In this document: in pieces, positions 52,881 through 61,909 of the stretch | Layout: every line of letters begins with the position of its first letter | Numbering within the stretch: position 1 is the stretch's first letter | Source: Phormidesmis sp. | Lineage (GTDB): Bacteria; Cyanobacteriota; Cyanobacteriia; Leptolyngbyales; Leptolyngbyaceae | Reading direction: 5' to 3' | DNA length: 64,000 bases | NCBI GenBank assembly: GCA_965248535.1 | Contig: CBDFJR010000002.1 | Location: forward strand, 160,001-224,000 | Program-made: the position numbers and the translations under genes | The notes under the pieces: generated by a model | The model's database searches: none | The model's input: the letters and a program-made list of their open reading frames with translations, nothing else | Told to the model about the DNA's origin: nothing

Positions 52881-53768
52881 CTATTGCTCAGGGCGCTGCG
52901 GCTTGGCTTGAGGAGTTGATTGGGCTTGCGCGATCGTCGCTTGAATCCTCGGCACAGACAGAAACTTTTGAGTTGCCGCTAATAGCTTCTCACCCCACAG
53001 ATTATCTTTGAGAAACTTCAGGTCACTATAGCGACTATCTAATCGAATAGCGGCTTCGCCTAAGACTAAACCCTGCTCACGATCGCCCTTATTATAAAGG
53101 GCAACGGCCACCGCTAATTTAGGTTCTGCCGCTTTAGGATCGATCGTCACTGAGGTGCGCCACAGCCGAATCGCTTCGTCAACATCTCCCTGCTCATATT
53201 TGACTAGCGCCACATTATTAATCGCGGGCCAATAGTCTTTGTCTTGAGCATAGGCTTTTTCATAGCTGGCGATCGCGTCTCCATTTTGCTTGAGCATCAG
53301 GTAGGCGTTGCCGAGATCAAACAGCGCTCCGGGCACGTTTGGCTTTAGCTTTAGCCCAGCTTGAATGTAGTCGATCGACTGCTGATAGCTCGCTTTCTGA
53401 AAGTGCGCCGTCCCCAAAGCAAACAAAATAGCCGCATTGCGGGGATCAAGAGTCTGTGCTTGTTTGAGCGCATTAATGCCTGGATCAATCTGATTGGCTT
53501 GAAGATATAAACTCCCTAAAACTGCCCAAGCTTCAGGAATTTTTGGCGCTAATTGAGTCGCCAACCGCGCCCGCGACAGTGCTAACTCAAACTGTTGAAA
53601 CTGAGCCAGTTGCGTTGCTTCCTGCACTAAGCCAATGCCCTGTTGCTCTAACTTTGCGGTGTCAAGTTGCAGCATGTGGGGCACCAACGCTTGTCCAAAA
53701 GCGGGATGAGCAGCAGTCCACACGCTCAAAATAGTCAGGGCAGAAAGAAAAGAAATACGTTTGGGCAC
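52881..53768 (-). CDS. Exported TPR protein
   Basis: Signal peptide followed by several TPR units. Confidence 0.85.
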   Translation of the reverse strand: MPKRISFLSALTILSVWTAAHPAFGQALVPHMLQLDTAKLEQQGIGLVQEATQLAQFQQFELALSRARLATQLAPKIPEAWAVLGSLYLQANQIDPGINALKQAQTLDPRNAAILFALGTAHFQKASYQQSIDYIQAGLKLKPNVPGALFDLGNAYLMLKQNGDAIASYEKAYAQDKDYWPAINNVALVKYEQGDVDEAIRLWRTSVTIDPKAAEPKLAVAVALYNKGDREQGLVLGEAAIRLDSRYSDLKFLKDNLWGEKLLAATQKFLSVPRIQATIAQAQSTPQAKPQRPEQ

Positions 53769-53955
53769 GGTGTAGCTTATCCGAAGAACGAGGGGTTTCA
53801 GCTAGCTTAATCCATCTTGTGGGCGATCGGGGCAAAAAACCACCCCAAGAGAATCGAAAATTTAAGGATTAAAAGTTCCCTATTGGGCGAGATCAGCGCT
53901 AATCTTATTTACCTGAAATCCTTTGTTCTTCACCGCCCAAGGCTAGCTTGTTCCT

Positions 53956-55830
53956 ATGGATCGTTTTAAAGTCGAAGTCATTTCTCAAACGCCTAACCCT
54001 CAGCAAACTATCTTTGCAGCCATGCACCAAGATTATGCAGAAGGGTTTGTGTGGGATGAGCGCGATCGCTTTCCCGACGAAGCCAAATGTGGCGAAGTGA
54101 TCATCAAGCAACTGTTGGCAGGCAATCGAGGACATTATGGGCCCTTAGAGCATCCGCAAATCGTGATGAACTGCGGCTGGTTTCCCCACAGCACAATGCA
54201 GCAAATTCGGACTCATCGGGTGGGAATTTCATTTGATGTCCAGTGTTTAGCCGGAGACACAGACGTGACTTTCGTCCATGCTTCGGGTCGGTTGCAAAAA
54301 GTCAAAATGGCAACGCTCTGTGATTTGTGGACAAATGGCGAACGGGCGATTCGCGATCGCAAGATCCAAGGACGCAACGGCGAACCTCCTGGCAGCTATC
54401 GCAGAGACTGCAAAACCCGACTCAAGAAGATGAATCTTAGAGTGCTGAATGAAGAAACTGGAATTTTTGAGTTAGGCCACATTCAGAACGTTTTTGACCA
54501 AGGCATCCAACCTGTTTATCGAGTCACTCTAGAAGATGGTCGATCGCTTGACTGCACTGAGAAGCATCGTTTATTGACAAGCCAGGGCTGGCAGACAATG
54601 GGCGAGGCGTTGGGTTTGATTGTAGACAGCGATCGTCAAGTGTTGTCCCATCGTCACGACTGTTCCCTAATGGCAAATGGCGTAATAGTCGGCGAAGGAC
54701 TGTACCGAGAAAAATCTTGGCTGCAAGCGCAACTGGAACAGGGACTTACTGCACGAGAAATGGCCCGAAACGCAGAGTGTTCAATCGAAGCGGTGAAAAA
54801 ATGGGTGTATATTCACCATCTGAAGCTAAACAAGGCAAAACCAGGAACTGTGAATCCTTGGAATCGAGGATTAAAGCAAGCCTATCGTCTAAACCTCACA
54901 CCTGAACAGCGCCAACAGCGACGAGACCGTTCAAAATGCTTCACTCGACGCGGGGCAGAGAGCAACTTTTGGAAAGGAGGAGTCACGCTAGAGCGAGTTG
55001 CGATCGGAGCTTGGACTCGAACCATTGCACCTCAAGTCCACGAAAAGTTTGATCATACCTGTCAGCGCTGTGGGCACCGGGGCGGAAAACTTCACGCCCA
55101 TCACTTGCTTCCAGTCTACGCGCACCCTGAGAAGGGATATGACTTCGAGAATCTCATAACGCTTTGCCAGGAGTGTCACCAACAGATTCATCATCAGGGG
55201 ATTGAATTAGAATTTGCTCAGAAGTTTGTCCCGATTCAGACACTCCCCAAAAAGCCAAAGCCAGTAGGAAGAAAACTCAAAGCCCATCCATTAAATGTGG
55301 CTCAAGTTAAATATCTGGGGTTACAGCAAACTTATGACCTAGAAGTGGCTGGACGGTGGCATAACTTTGTCGCCAATGGCGTTGTGGTTCACAACTCCTT
55401 TAGGTACACAGGTCAGAGGCTCGTGGATGTGATTGAGCAAAAACGCGAGGTCGAAGAAGTCTTTTATCTGCGTCCGTTGGGGTTTTATAGCGATCGCCAG
55501 GGCAAAAAATATGAATACACCCTAGAACAGCGTCAGCAAGACGTTGAATGGTGCATCACTGCCTGTCAGCGCTATAAAGACCGCATCGATCAAGGGTTTT
55601 CAGAAGAACACGCCAGAGGGTTGATTCCGTTTGATGTGCGGCAGCATTGGGTGATGTCAGCTAACGTGCGATCGCTGATGCACCTAATCGATCTGCGCTG
55701 GAAAGCAGATGCTCAGTTAGAAGCCCAAAAGCTGTGTGAATGTATCTGGGAACCGTTTCAAAACTGGGTGCCGCAAATCGCTGACTGGTATGAAGCTAAT
55801 CGTCTTAAAAAAGCGCGGCTTGCCCCTTGA
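53956..55830 (+). CDS. thyX: FAD-dependent thymidylate synthase precursor containing an intein
   Basis: GHYGPLEH, RTHRVGISFDVQ|SFRY after intein removal, NVRSLMH..LR; 240-aa extein. Confidence 0.95.
   Translation: MDRFKVEVISQTPNPQQTIFAAMHQDYAEGFVWDERDRFPDEAKCGEVIIKQLLAGNRGHYGPLEHPQIVMNCGWFPHSTMQQIRTHRVGISFDVQCLAGDTDVTFVHASGRLQKVKMATLCDLWTNGERAIRDRKIQGRNGEPPGSYRRDCKTRLKKMNLRVLNEETGIFELGHIQNVFDQGIQPVYRVTLEDGRSLDCTEKHRLLTSQGWQTMGEALGLIVDSDRQVLSHRHDCSLMANGVIVGEGLYREKSWLQAQLEQGLTAREMARNAECSIEAVKKWVYIHHLKLNKAKPGTVNPWNRGLKQAYRLNLTPEQRQQRRDRSKCFTRRGAESNFWKGGVTLERVAIGAWTRTIAPQVHEKFDHTCQRCGHRGGKLHAHHLLPVYAHPEKGYDFENLITLCQECHQQIHHQGIELEFAQKFVPIQTLPKKPKPVGRKLKAHPLNVAQVKYLGLQQTYDLEVAGRWHNFVANGVVVHNSFRYTGQRLVDVIEQKREVEEVFYLRPLGFYSDRQGKKYEYTLEQRQQDVEWCITACQRYKDRIDQGFSEEHARGLIPFDVRQHWVMSANVRSLMHLIDLRWKADAQLEAQKLCECIWEPFQNWVPQIADWYEANRLKKARLAP
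54244..55395 (+). mobile_element. Intein (384 aa) with HNH homing endonuclease
   Basis: Starts CLAGDT, block B CTEKHRLLT, ends TYDLEV..WHNFVANGVVVHN/S; HNH CQRC...HAHH...NLITLCQECH. Confidence 0.95.
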
Positions 55831-56042
55831 TCTCATCGCTAAAGCTTCACACAGTGGACAATTTCTTGGTGTGATCTTCACATCCCTACGGAACCTGTCG
55901 CATTTTTGACAGGTCTTGCCAATAAAGGACGACCCCGTTCTACTAATCCACAGAGGTTTCTGAGATTGGTAGAAGGTGGCTTTTCTGTGTCTACTCACGT
56001 CTGATGAGAACCCACTACGCTCAACATTCACCGACAAGCCCT

Positions 56043-57518
56043 ATGAAGAACTCTGTACTTAGTCTCGATTCGCACGATAAGACTCTAAAGACTCGTCATC
56101 CTCGTCCGTCGATTTTGAAGAAAGCTGCGATCGCACTCATAGCATCCACCCTGCTCTTGAGCAGCTATGAACCTCAGCCCACAATGGCGGCTCCTTTGCT
56201 AGTCAGCCAGCAACAGGGCTGGAAGGCCGTTCTCAAAGTTGCGCGACTGGTGCAGACTCGGCAAGATTCAGCCCTTGTGGTGCAACTGGGCATTCTCGAC
56301 AAACCCCAAACCAGCTATGCCAATGCGGTTTATCAAGTGTTTGCGCGTCGAAACGACCAATGGGTGCAGATATTCACCAGCACAGGGGCACGTCTGATCA
56401 CCAACGCTTCGGGGCAGACCACCCTCGCACCCGAAGTGATCTCTTTTAATGACTTGAGGCAGCAACTCGGCGACAGCGTGGATCTGAATAAACTAGACCT
56501 GCGCGTCACGGCTCAACTACGCTACGACATTCGCGGCAGTGCCCGCGATCGCTCCGTTTTCTTTGAGCAAACTCAGTCTTATCAAGCGATCGCCCAAACC
56601 ACCAGCACTCAGCTAATCAGCAGTTCCTCGATGCAACCCACGATCGCGGCCAATCAAGGCAGCTTTAGTTTGTCCGTCGCTCAAAAAAAAGCCACTCTTT
56701 CTAAAGTGATTGCGCGAGTTTCAGTCCGCAATCGAAGCTCACAAGGCTTCTCAGACGAGCGATTTGTGGGCGATTTTCGCTATAAGATCAACAAAAAAGC
56801 TAGGTTCCTTAAGGGTCTGAGTGCAGGTGATCGGGTGATCGTGCGGCTGTTCGACCAAGAGAATCAATTTATCGGCTACAGCGAGTTTGAACTGCTGTCA
56901 GAAAATGCGGCGGTGACGCTCGTTTTGCCCGATCGTCCCAGTGCCACTCGCATCGTTCGCACTGTTTATGGAGTCGATGCAAACCAGGATAGCGAAATCG
57001 ATTCTAACGTTCAGGTTTATGACTACTTCACCCAGGTTTCTCAAGTCACGAGCCAGACTTATCGCAATGCACAGGTGACCTTCTTCAGCAGCGTTCAAAA
57101 TCTGAATTTGAATGGGTTCACGCTGTCAGAATTGCCAACTCCCCGATCGAAGTGTAGCTACCCGACTTCTTTTGAAAGTGGAACGTTTTTGCGGGTGGAT
57201 CGGTCGATCGACGTGTTCCGGTCTGGTCTAAGTTCAGTGTTCATAACCGTTCCGGGGCAGACCGTGCAAACTATTGATGTCAGCAGCACTAACGTCTCGA
57301 CCTATGAAGTGAGTCAGCTCTTGACGACCTATCAGACGGTCAGCGCGACTCAGGCGATCGGGTCAGATGATCACGACGACCAAGACGAGAAAAAAGGCAG
57401 AAAGCGCCACTGCAATCAAGGAATCGGCAACGGCTCAGAAGGCTGCGATCCAGGAAACTCTCACCCTCACGGCGGCAGCAACGACGAAGAGGGACACAAA
57501 CCTGGCAAACATCACTAG
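56043..57518 (+). CDS. Hypothetical exported beta-rich protein with C-terminal CNQGIGNGSEGCDPGN motif
   Basis: Long ORF, signal-like hydrophobic segment, His/Gly-rich tail. Confidence 0.75.
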   Translation: MKNSVLSLDSHDKTLKTRHPRPSILKKAAIALIASTLLLSSYEPQPTMAAPLLVSQQQGWKAVLKVARLVQTRQDSALVVQLGILDKPQTSYANAVYQVFARRNDQWVQIFTSTGARLITNASGQTTLAPEVISFNDLRQQLGDSVDLNKLDLRVTAQLRYDIRGSARDRSVFFEQTQSYQAIAQTTSTQLISSSSMQPTIAANQGSFSLSVAQKKATLSKVIARVSVRNRSSQGFSDERFVGDFRYKINKKARFLKGLSAGDRVIVRLFDQENQFIGYSEFELLSENAAVTLVLPDRPSATRIVRTVYGVDANQDSEIDSNVQVYDYFTQVSQVTSQTYRNAQVTFFSSVQNLNLNGFTLSELPTPRSKCSYPTSFESGTFLRVDRSIDVFRSGLSSVFITVPGQTVQTIDVSSTNVSTYEVSQLLTTYQTVSATQAIGSDDHDDQDEKKGRKRHCNQGIGNGSEGCDPGNSHPHGGSNDEEGHKPGKHH

Positions 57519-57550
57519 TTAAACAAGCTGCGTTTAAAAATCTCCCTGAT

Positions 57551-57590
57551 AAAACTCTACGGCAGCCGACTGTGTAGAGTTTTTCTTTTT
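57551..57590 (+). terminator. Intrinsic terminator
   Basis: AAAACTCTAC...GTAGAGTTTT followed by T run. Confidence 0.7.
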
Positions 57591-57729
57591 CTCAAAACAT
57601 TCTTTGCCATGAGCCAAGTCAGCCATACTTTTGTAGAGAGCCATCGATCTCTAACCTGTGAAAAGACTCAGATTTGTGGGAGGCTATAACCCATGATTTG
57701 CTTTGGACGAATAGAAGGAAGCCCAAACG

Positions 57730-58362
57730 ATGAACATCGTAGAACTATTTCAAAAAGGCGGCGTAACGATGATTCCGTTATTGCTGCTCTCGATCTTGGC
57801 GTTGAGTGCAATTATTGAGCGATCGTGGTTTTGGTTTAACGTTCTTAATAAAGAAAAAGAGACCGTCACCCGGATTCTTGACACCTCTCGCAAAGATTGG
57901 GAGATGGCAGGCGAGATTGCTCGGCAAGCCTATGATCAGCCGATCAGCAGATTTCTCTACGCCGCTCTACGCCTTTCAAAGCCCGACCCTGAGTCGTTTC
58001 GTTTGGCGCTAGAGTCATCGGCTGATGAAGAAATTGTGTCTATGCGCCGAGGTGACAAAATCTTAGAAGCCGTGATTGCGCTGGCTCCTTTATTGGGCCT
58101 ACTGGGAACGGTGATTGGGTTAATCACATCACTACGATCGATTCGCATTGGCGATATCGGCACTGCCTCGACTTCAGGCGTGACAACGGGCATTGGTGAA
58201 GCGCTCATTAGCACGGCAACGGGTCTAATCGTCGCTGTTTTTAGCGTCGCCTTCTACCGCATTTTTCAAGCCCTAGTTTTCAATCAAGCCAAACTCTTTC
58301 GCAGAGCAGGCAACGAGCTAGAACTGCTCTATAGACAAAACTGGCAAGACAGCAACCGCTAG
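57730..58362 (+). CDS. exbB: MotA/TolQ/ExbB proton channel protein
   Basis: [25 protein letters not shown]. Confidence 0.9.
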   Translation: MNIVELFQKGGVTMIPLLLLSILALSAIIERSWFWFNVLNKEKETVTRILDTSRKDWEMAGEIARQAYDQPISRFLYAALRLSKPDPESFRLALESSADEEIVSMRRGDKILEAVIALAPLLGLLGTVIGLITSLRSIRIGDIGTASTSGVTTGIGEALISTATGLIVAVFSVAFYRIFQALVFNQAKLFRRAGNELELLYRQNWQDSNR

Positions 58363-58431
58363 AATATTTTGGCGGTTGCCATCCCAGATAAGCGCTCTGA
58401 CTAGCTTCACCCTTCACCCTTTACGCTGCTC

Positions 58432-59031
58432 ATGAAGATTAACCTCGACTCTCCCCAAGATGAGGCCCAGATTCAAATTATTCCTTTGATCGATGTGATC
58501 TTCTGCATTCTGACCTTCTTCATATTGGCAGCTTTGCAGTTAACCCGTCGAGAAGGCATTAATTTAGATTTGCCTAAAGCCAGCACAGGCACCCCTCAAA
58601 CTCAGGAAATGTTGGTGGTCAATGTTGACTCTACCGGGCTGACTTCTATTAAGAATCAACCCGTCGATCGGGTTCAGCTTTATCAAATTCTGCAAACCTA
58701 TCACCAGCAAAACCCCCAAGGGCTGCTTGTCTTGAGTGCCTCTCAAACCTCTTTCTATAATGATGTCATTCAGGTGCTAGATGTCTTACGGGCGGTGGGC
58801 GGCGATCGGGTTGCCCTTGAGACCAGTCCTCAAGCCAGCCCCTTGCCTAACCAGAATCCAGCGCTTCCTGGTCAGGCTCCTCTCACCCCAGGGTTAACGA
58901 CTCCTGCCCCGACGACGATCGATCCCCTTAGTCCCCAACCCTCTCTCAATCCGGTTTCGCCCGTCAACCCCACTCCCGTTTCTCCTCAACCGTCTGCCCC
59001 AGTCCCAAATTCCACAATTCCGCCTCAATAG
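58432..59031 (+). CDS. exbD: ExbD/TolR family protein with Pro-rich tail
   Basis: IIPLIDVIFCILTFF, LPKA. Confidence 0.9.
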   Translation: MKINLDSPQDEAQIQIIPLIDVIFCILTFFILAALQLTRREGINLDLPKASTGTPQTQEMLVVNVDSTGLTSIKNQPVDRVQLYQILQTYHQQNPQGLLVLSASQTSFYNDVIQVLDVLRAVGGDRVALETSPQASPLPNQNPALPGQAPLTPGLTTPAPTTIDPLSPQPSLNPVSPVNPTPVSPQPSAPVPNSTIPPQ

Positions 59032-59037
59032 CGCCAC

Positions 59038-59065
59038 AAAAAAAGGGTGAGTTAGTCTCACCCTT
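59038..59065 (-). terminator. Terminator between convergent exbD and speY
   Basis: AAGGGTGAG-TTAGT-CTCACCCTT; A7 run gives the U tail on the minus strand. Confidence 0.7.
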
Positions 59066-59088
59066 CAGAAAAGATTTGCAGCTTATGC

Positions 59089-60285
59089 TTAATGGCGACT
59101 GTTGCGGATAGGAGTCCCGCAGGGATAGGTAGCCACTGGCTGCTTGGCTGCCCCGACTGATATCGGCTCCGATCCCAGATGAGAAGGCTGCTGTTTAGCG
59201 GCTTCATAATCGGCTTTTAGCTTTGCCAGCAGTTGATCACGGCGATCGTATAACCGCTTTAGAGGGCGAGGCTCACACTGGTTGATCACATAAGCCGTCA
59301 AAATGGGCAGCGCGATCGTGCTGTCGGTGTAGCAAACGACCGTGTTGGGCAACTCTTCGGGATCAACCTTGCCCCAGCTAACGGCTTCGTTGGGGGTTGC
59401 TCCCGACAAACCGCCCGTATCAGGACGAGCATCCGTGACCTGAATGAAGTAATCGTGCCCTCGCTCTTCTAACCCCAGAACTTCGTGCAGTTGTGGTTGA
59501 GTTTGCAGCAAAAAGTTTTTAGGACTGCCGCCGCCAATGATCAGCGCAGCGCTCTTGCCTTCTACACCGGGGAGTTCAGACTCGCGGGCAGAATACACGA
59601 TCGCGGCAGTTTCATTCACATCTAGCATCGGGTCAATGACCAGCTTAGAGCCTTCTAGCGCCATCGCTGCCACATTCATGCCGATCGAGCTATCTCCCGG
59701 CGAAGACGTGTAGATAGGAACGCCACACTCATAAGCAGTTGACAGAAGAGAAGGGTGCTTTACGCCCAGTTGCCGCTCGACTTCAGACACATAGCGACCT
59801 AAGAGATAGTGAAACTCAGCCGTACCCATGCGCTTTTGAAACGGCTCTGCTTTCAAAATTTGCCGAATGAAGGCATCCGTTCCCAGCAGCACATCATAGT
59901 CAAAAATGATGTCATAAATGCGAATGCGACCCTCTTGCCGCAGTTTCACGTCATCCAAAAACGGGCTGCTGGCGTAGAGATCTAGCCCTAGCCCATAGTG
60001 CATATCGTGGTAAAGGTTAGCGCCCGTGCTGATGATCCAATCAACGAACCCGTTTCGCATCAAGGGGGCGAGCACAGAAACTCCTAACCCTGCTGGGGTC
60101 ATGGCACCTGACAGGCTGAGTCCGACGGTGACACCCTCTTTCATCACCTCACGACTGAGAAGGTGACAGATCTCCCGCAGCCGAGCAGAGTTATAGGCTG
60201 TAAAGTAACCGTCAATCAGATCAACAACGCTGATCTCGGCGGGCATGGGGGAGGGTGTGATCTTTTGACTGAGAAGTTTGGACAT
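59089..60285 (-). CDS. speY: Deoxyhypusine synthase-like homospermidine biosynthesis protein
   Basis: [43 protein letters not shown]. Confidence 0.9.
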   Translation of the reverse strand: MSKLLSQKITPSPMPAEISVVDLIDGYFTAYNSARLREICHLLSREVMKEGVTVGLSLSGAMTPAGLGVSVLAPLMRNGFVDWIISTGANLYHDMHYGLGLDLYASSPFLDDVKLRQEGRIRIYDIIFDYDVLLGTDAFIRQILKAEPFQKRMGTAEFHYLLGRYVSEVERQLGVKHPSLLSTAYECGVPIYTSSPGDSSIGMNVAAMALEGSKLVIDPMLDVNETAAIVYSARESELPGVEGKSAALIIGGGSPKNFLLQTQPQLHEVLGLEERGHDYFIQVTDARPDTGGLSGATPNEAVSWGKVDPEELPNTVVCYTDSTIALPILTAYVINQCEPRPLKRLYDRRDQLLAKLKADYEAAKQQPSHLGSEPISVGAAKQPVATYPCGTPIRNSRH

Positions 60286-60540
60286 TCTTTTACTCCAAGA
60301 GAGTTGAGAGGCATAAAGTGAGGGCTAAACAGTGAGGAACAACCCGACACCGGACTGAAATTTTTAGGAAGTCGCCAAAATGCTTTCAAAAATGAAACTG
60401 CACACTTAGAGCGATTCTGAGCAGTAGCCAAGCGAAATCCGCAGAAATTGAAAGATTCGCAAAACCGATTCCAAGCTCATGCTGTGCCACTTGATTATGA
60501 GCAGCAGAGCGCTTTAGCCATTAACTTAAATAATTCCCCT

Positions 60541-60577
60541 AAAAGAGAACCTGACCGATCCAGTTCGGGTCAGGGTT
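60541..60577 (-). terminator. Intrinsic terminator in the speY upstream region
   Basis: Minus strand CCTGACC-CGAACTGGATC-GGTCAGG then TTCTCTTTT. Confidence 0.65.
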
Positions 60578-60641
60578 GAGAGCAGCCATGCTTTTGGATG
60601 CTAGAGTCAACCAAAGACGCGAACCTTGAGTTACAGATCGG

Positions 60642-60719
60642 TCAGTTCATACTGGGCGCTTCGCAGCGATCGACCCACGACAGTGCAGGGTCAGATTGCC
60701 GCTTCCGCTTCAACTTCAT
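60642..60719 (-). CDS. Putative leader peptide (uORF) MKLKRKRQSDPALSWVDRCEAPSMN
   Basis: ATG 60719 to TGA 60642; the stop codon lies inside a segment complementary to the terminator 3' arm. Confidence 0.5.
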   Translation of the reverse strand: MKLKRKRQSDPALSWVDRCEAPSMN

Positions 60720-60948
60720 TTCGAGATACCACAAAGGTCGCCAAGGGTATCCAGTCAAAGAGAAAGATTTCAATGTTCTTTACGCAACCCTTTAGACACA
60801 GACGCTCCAATCCTATCATCTATTTTTGAAGATGATGATCATCCAAATGACTGAGACCCGTCAATCACCTATAAAGTGAGGTCTCTCTGTTGGTAGGCTA
60901 AGAGCAGTCAGCGTGCGACGTTTATTCTCCATATTCTTTTGGTATGTC

Positions 60949-61617
60949 ATGACTCTTGACTCTCAACTTCCCGTTAACTCAGATTTGCCCCCTGCTGATC
61001 TCACAGGCGCACTGTCACCAGAAGCAGATCAGCATCGCAGAAAGATGCAACGACGCAAAGAGGTGCAAGATCAGCGTCTGGCAAACATGACTGCCGAAAA
61101 GGGGCTGATCATCGTTCACACAGGAAATGGCAAAGGCAAAACCACGGCGGCTCTAGGAATGGTGCTGCGATCGCTGGGTCACGGCTATAGAGTTGCGATC
61201 GTTCAGTTCATCAAGGGCGCATGGGAGCCTGCTGAGAAAGCAGCATTTGAGCACTGGGGCGACCAGCTTGAGTTTCACGCCCTAGGAGAAGGCTTTACCT
61301 GGGAGACTCAAGATCGCGATCGCGACATTCTCAAAGCGACTCAGGCATGGGAGACGGCGCTGACATTTATCAAAAACCCCGACTTTAAGCTGGTGCTGCT
61401 AGACGAGATCAACATTGCCCTGAAGCTGGGTTATCTGTCTATCGACACCGTAATGGCTGGATTATCAGAAAAGACAGAAGACTCCCACATCATATTGACG
61501 GGTCGAGGAGCGCTTCCAGCCTTAATCGAGCAAGCAGATCTAGTCACAGAAATGACATTGGTCAAACATCCGTTTAGAGAACAGGGTGTCAAGGCACAGC
61601 CGGGAATCGAGTTTTAG
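60949..61617 (+). CDS. cobO: Cob(I)yrinic acid a,c-diamide adenosyltransferase
   Basis: GNGKGKTTAALG, QFIKG, LDEI, TGR, KHPF..G..AQPGIEF. Confidence 0.95.
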   Translation: MTLDSQLPVNSDLPPADLTGALSPEADQHRRKMQRRKEVQDQRLANMTAEKGLIIVHTGNGKGKTTAALGMVLRSLGHGYRVAIVQFIKGAWEPAEKAAFEHWGDQLEFHALGEGFTWETQDRDRDILKATQAWETALTFIKNPDFKLVLLDEINIALKLGYLSIDTVMAGLSEKTEDSHIILTGRGALPALIEQADLVTEMTLVKHPFREQGVKAQPGIEF

Positions 61618-61909
61618 CGCGACCTCAAACCAGTGCTTTGGTCAGGGACGATCGGTCCATTGGGCGATGGGGAAGATAACTGGCATGAGTTTGCTAGGAA
61701 ACCGTGGACTCAGTAATAACTCTGACGTAATTATGATTTATTCTGTATAAATTTAGACTCAAAGCCCAGCGAATCCTACAGGTTTTTTCAATTGCTCTCA
61801 CCCTGTCAACTCCCAAATGCTGCTCTGACTTAATTTCTACTCTGAATTTGGGAATGCTAAAGAATCTCTTTCGGTCGAACTTGTCATTAGCTTATTAGAG
61901 AACTCAGCC

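Noticed and set aside
60598..60829. Plus-strand ORFs of 65 and 67 aa
   Set aside because: No RBS or recognisable family; antisense to the structured speY leader
60840..60948. Cobalamin riboswitch upstream of cobO
   Set aside because: No GGGAA/B12-box consensus seen; only a short GAGACC/GGTCTC hairpin
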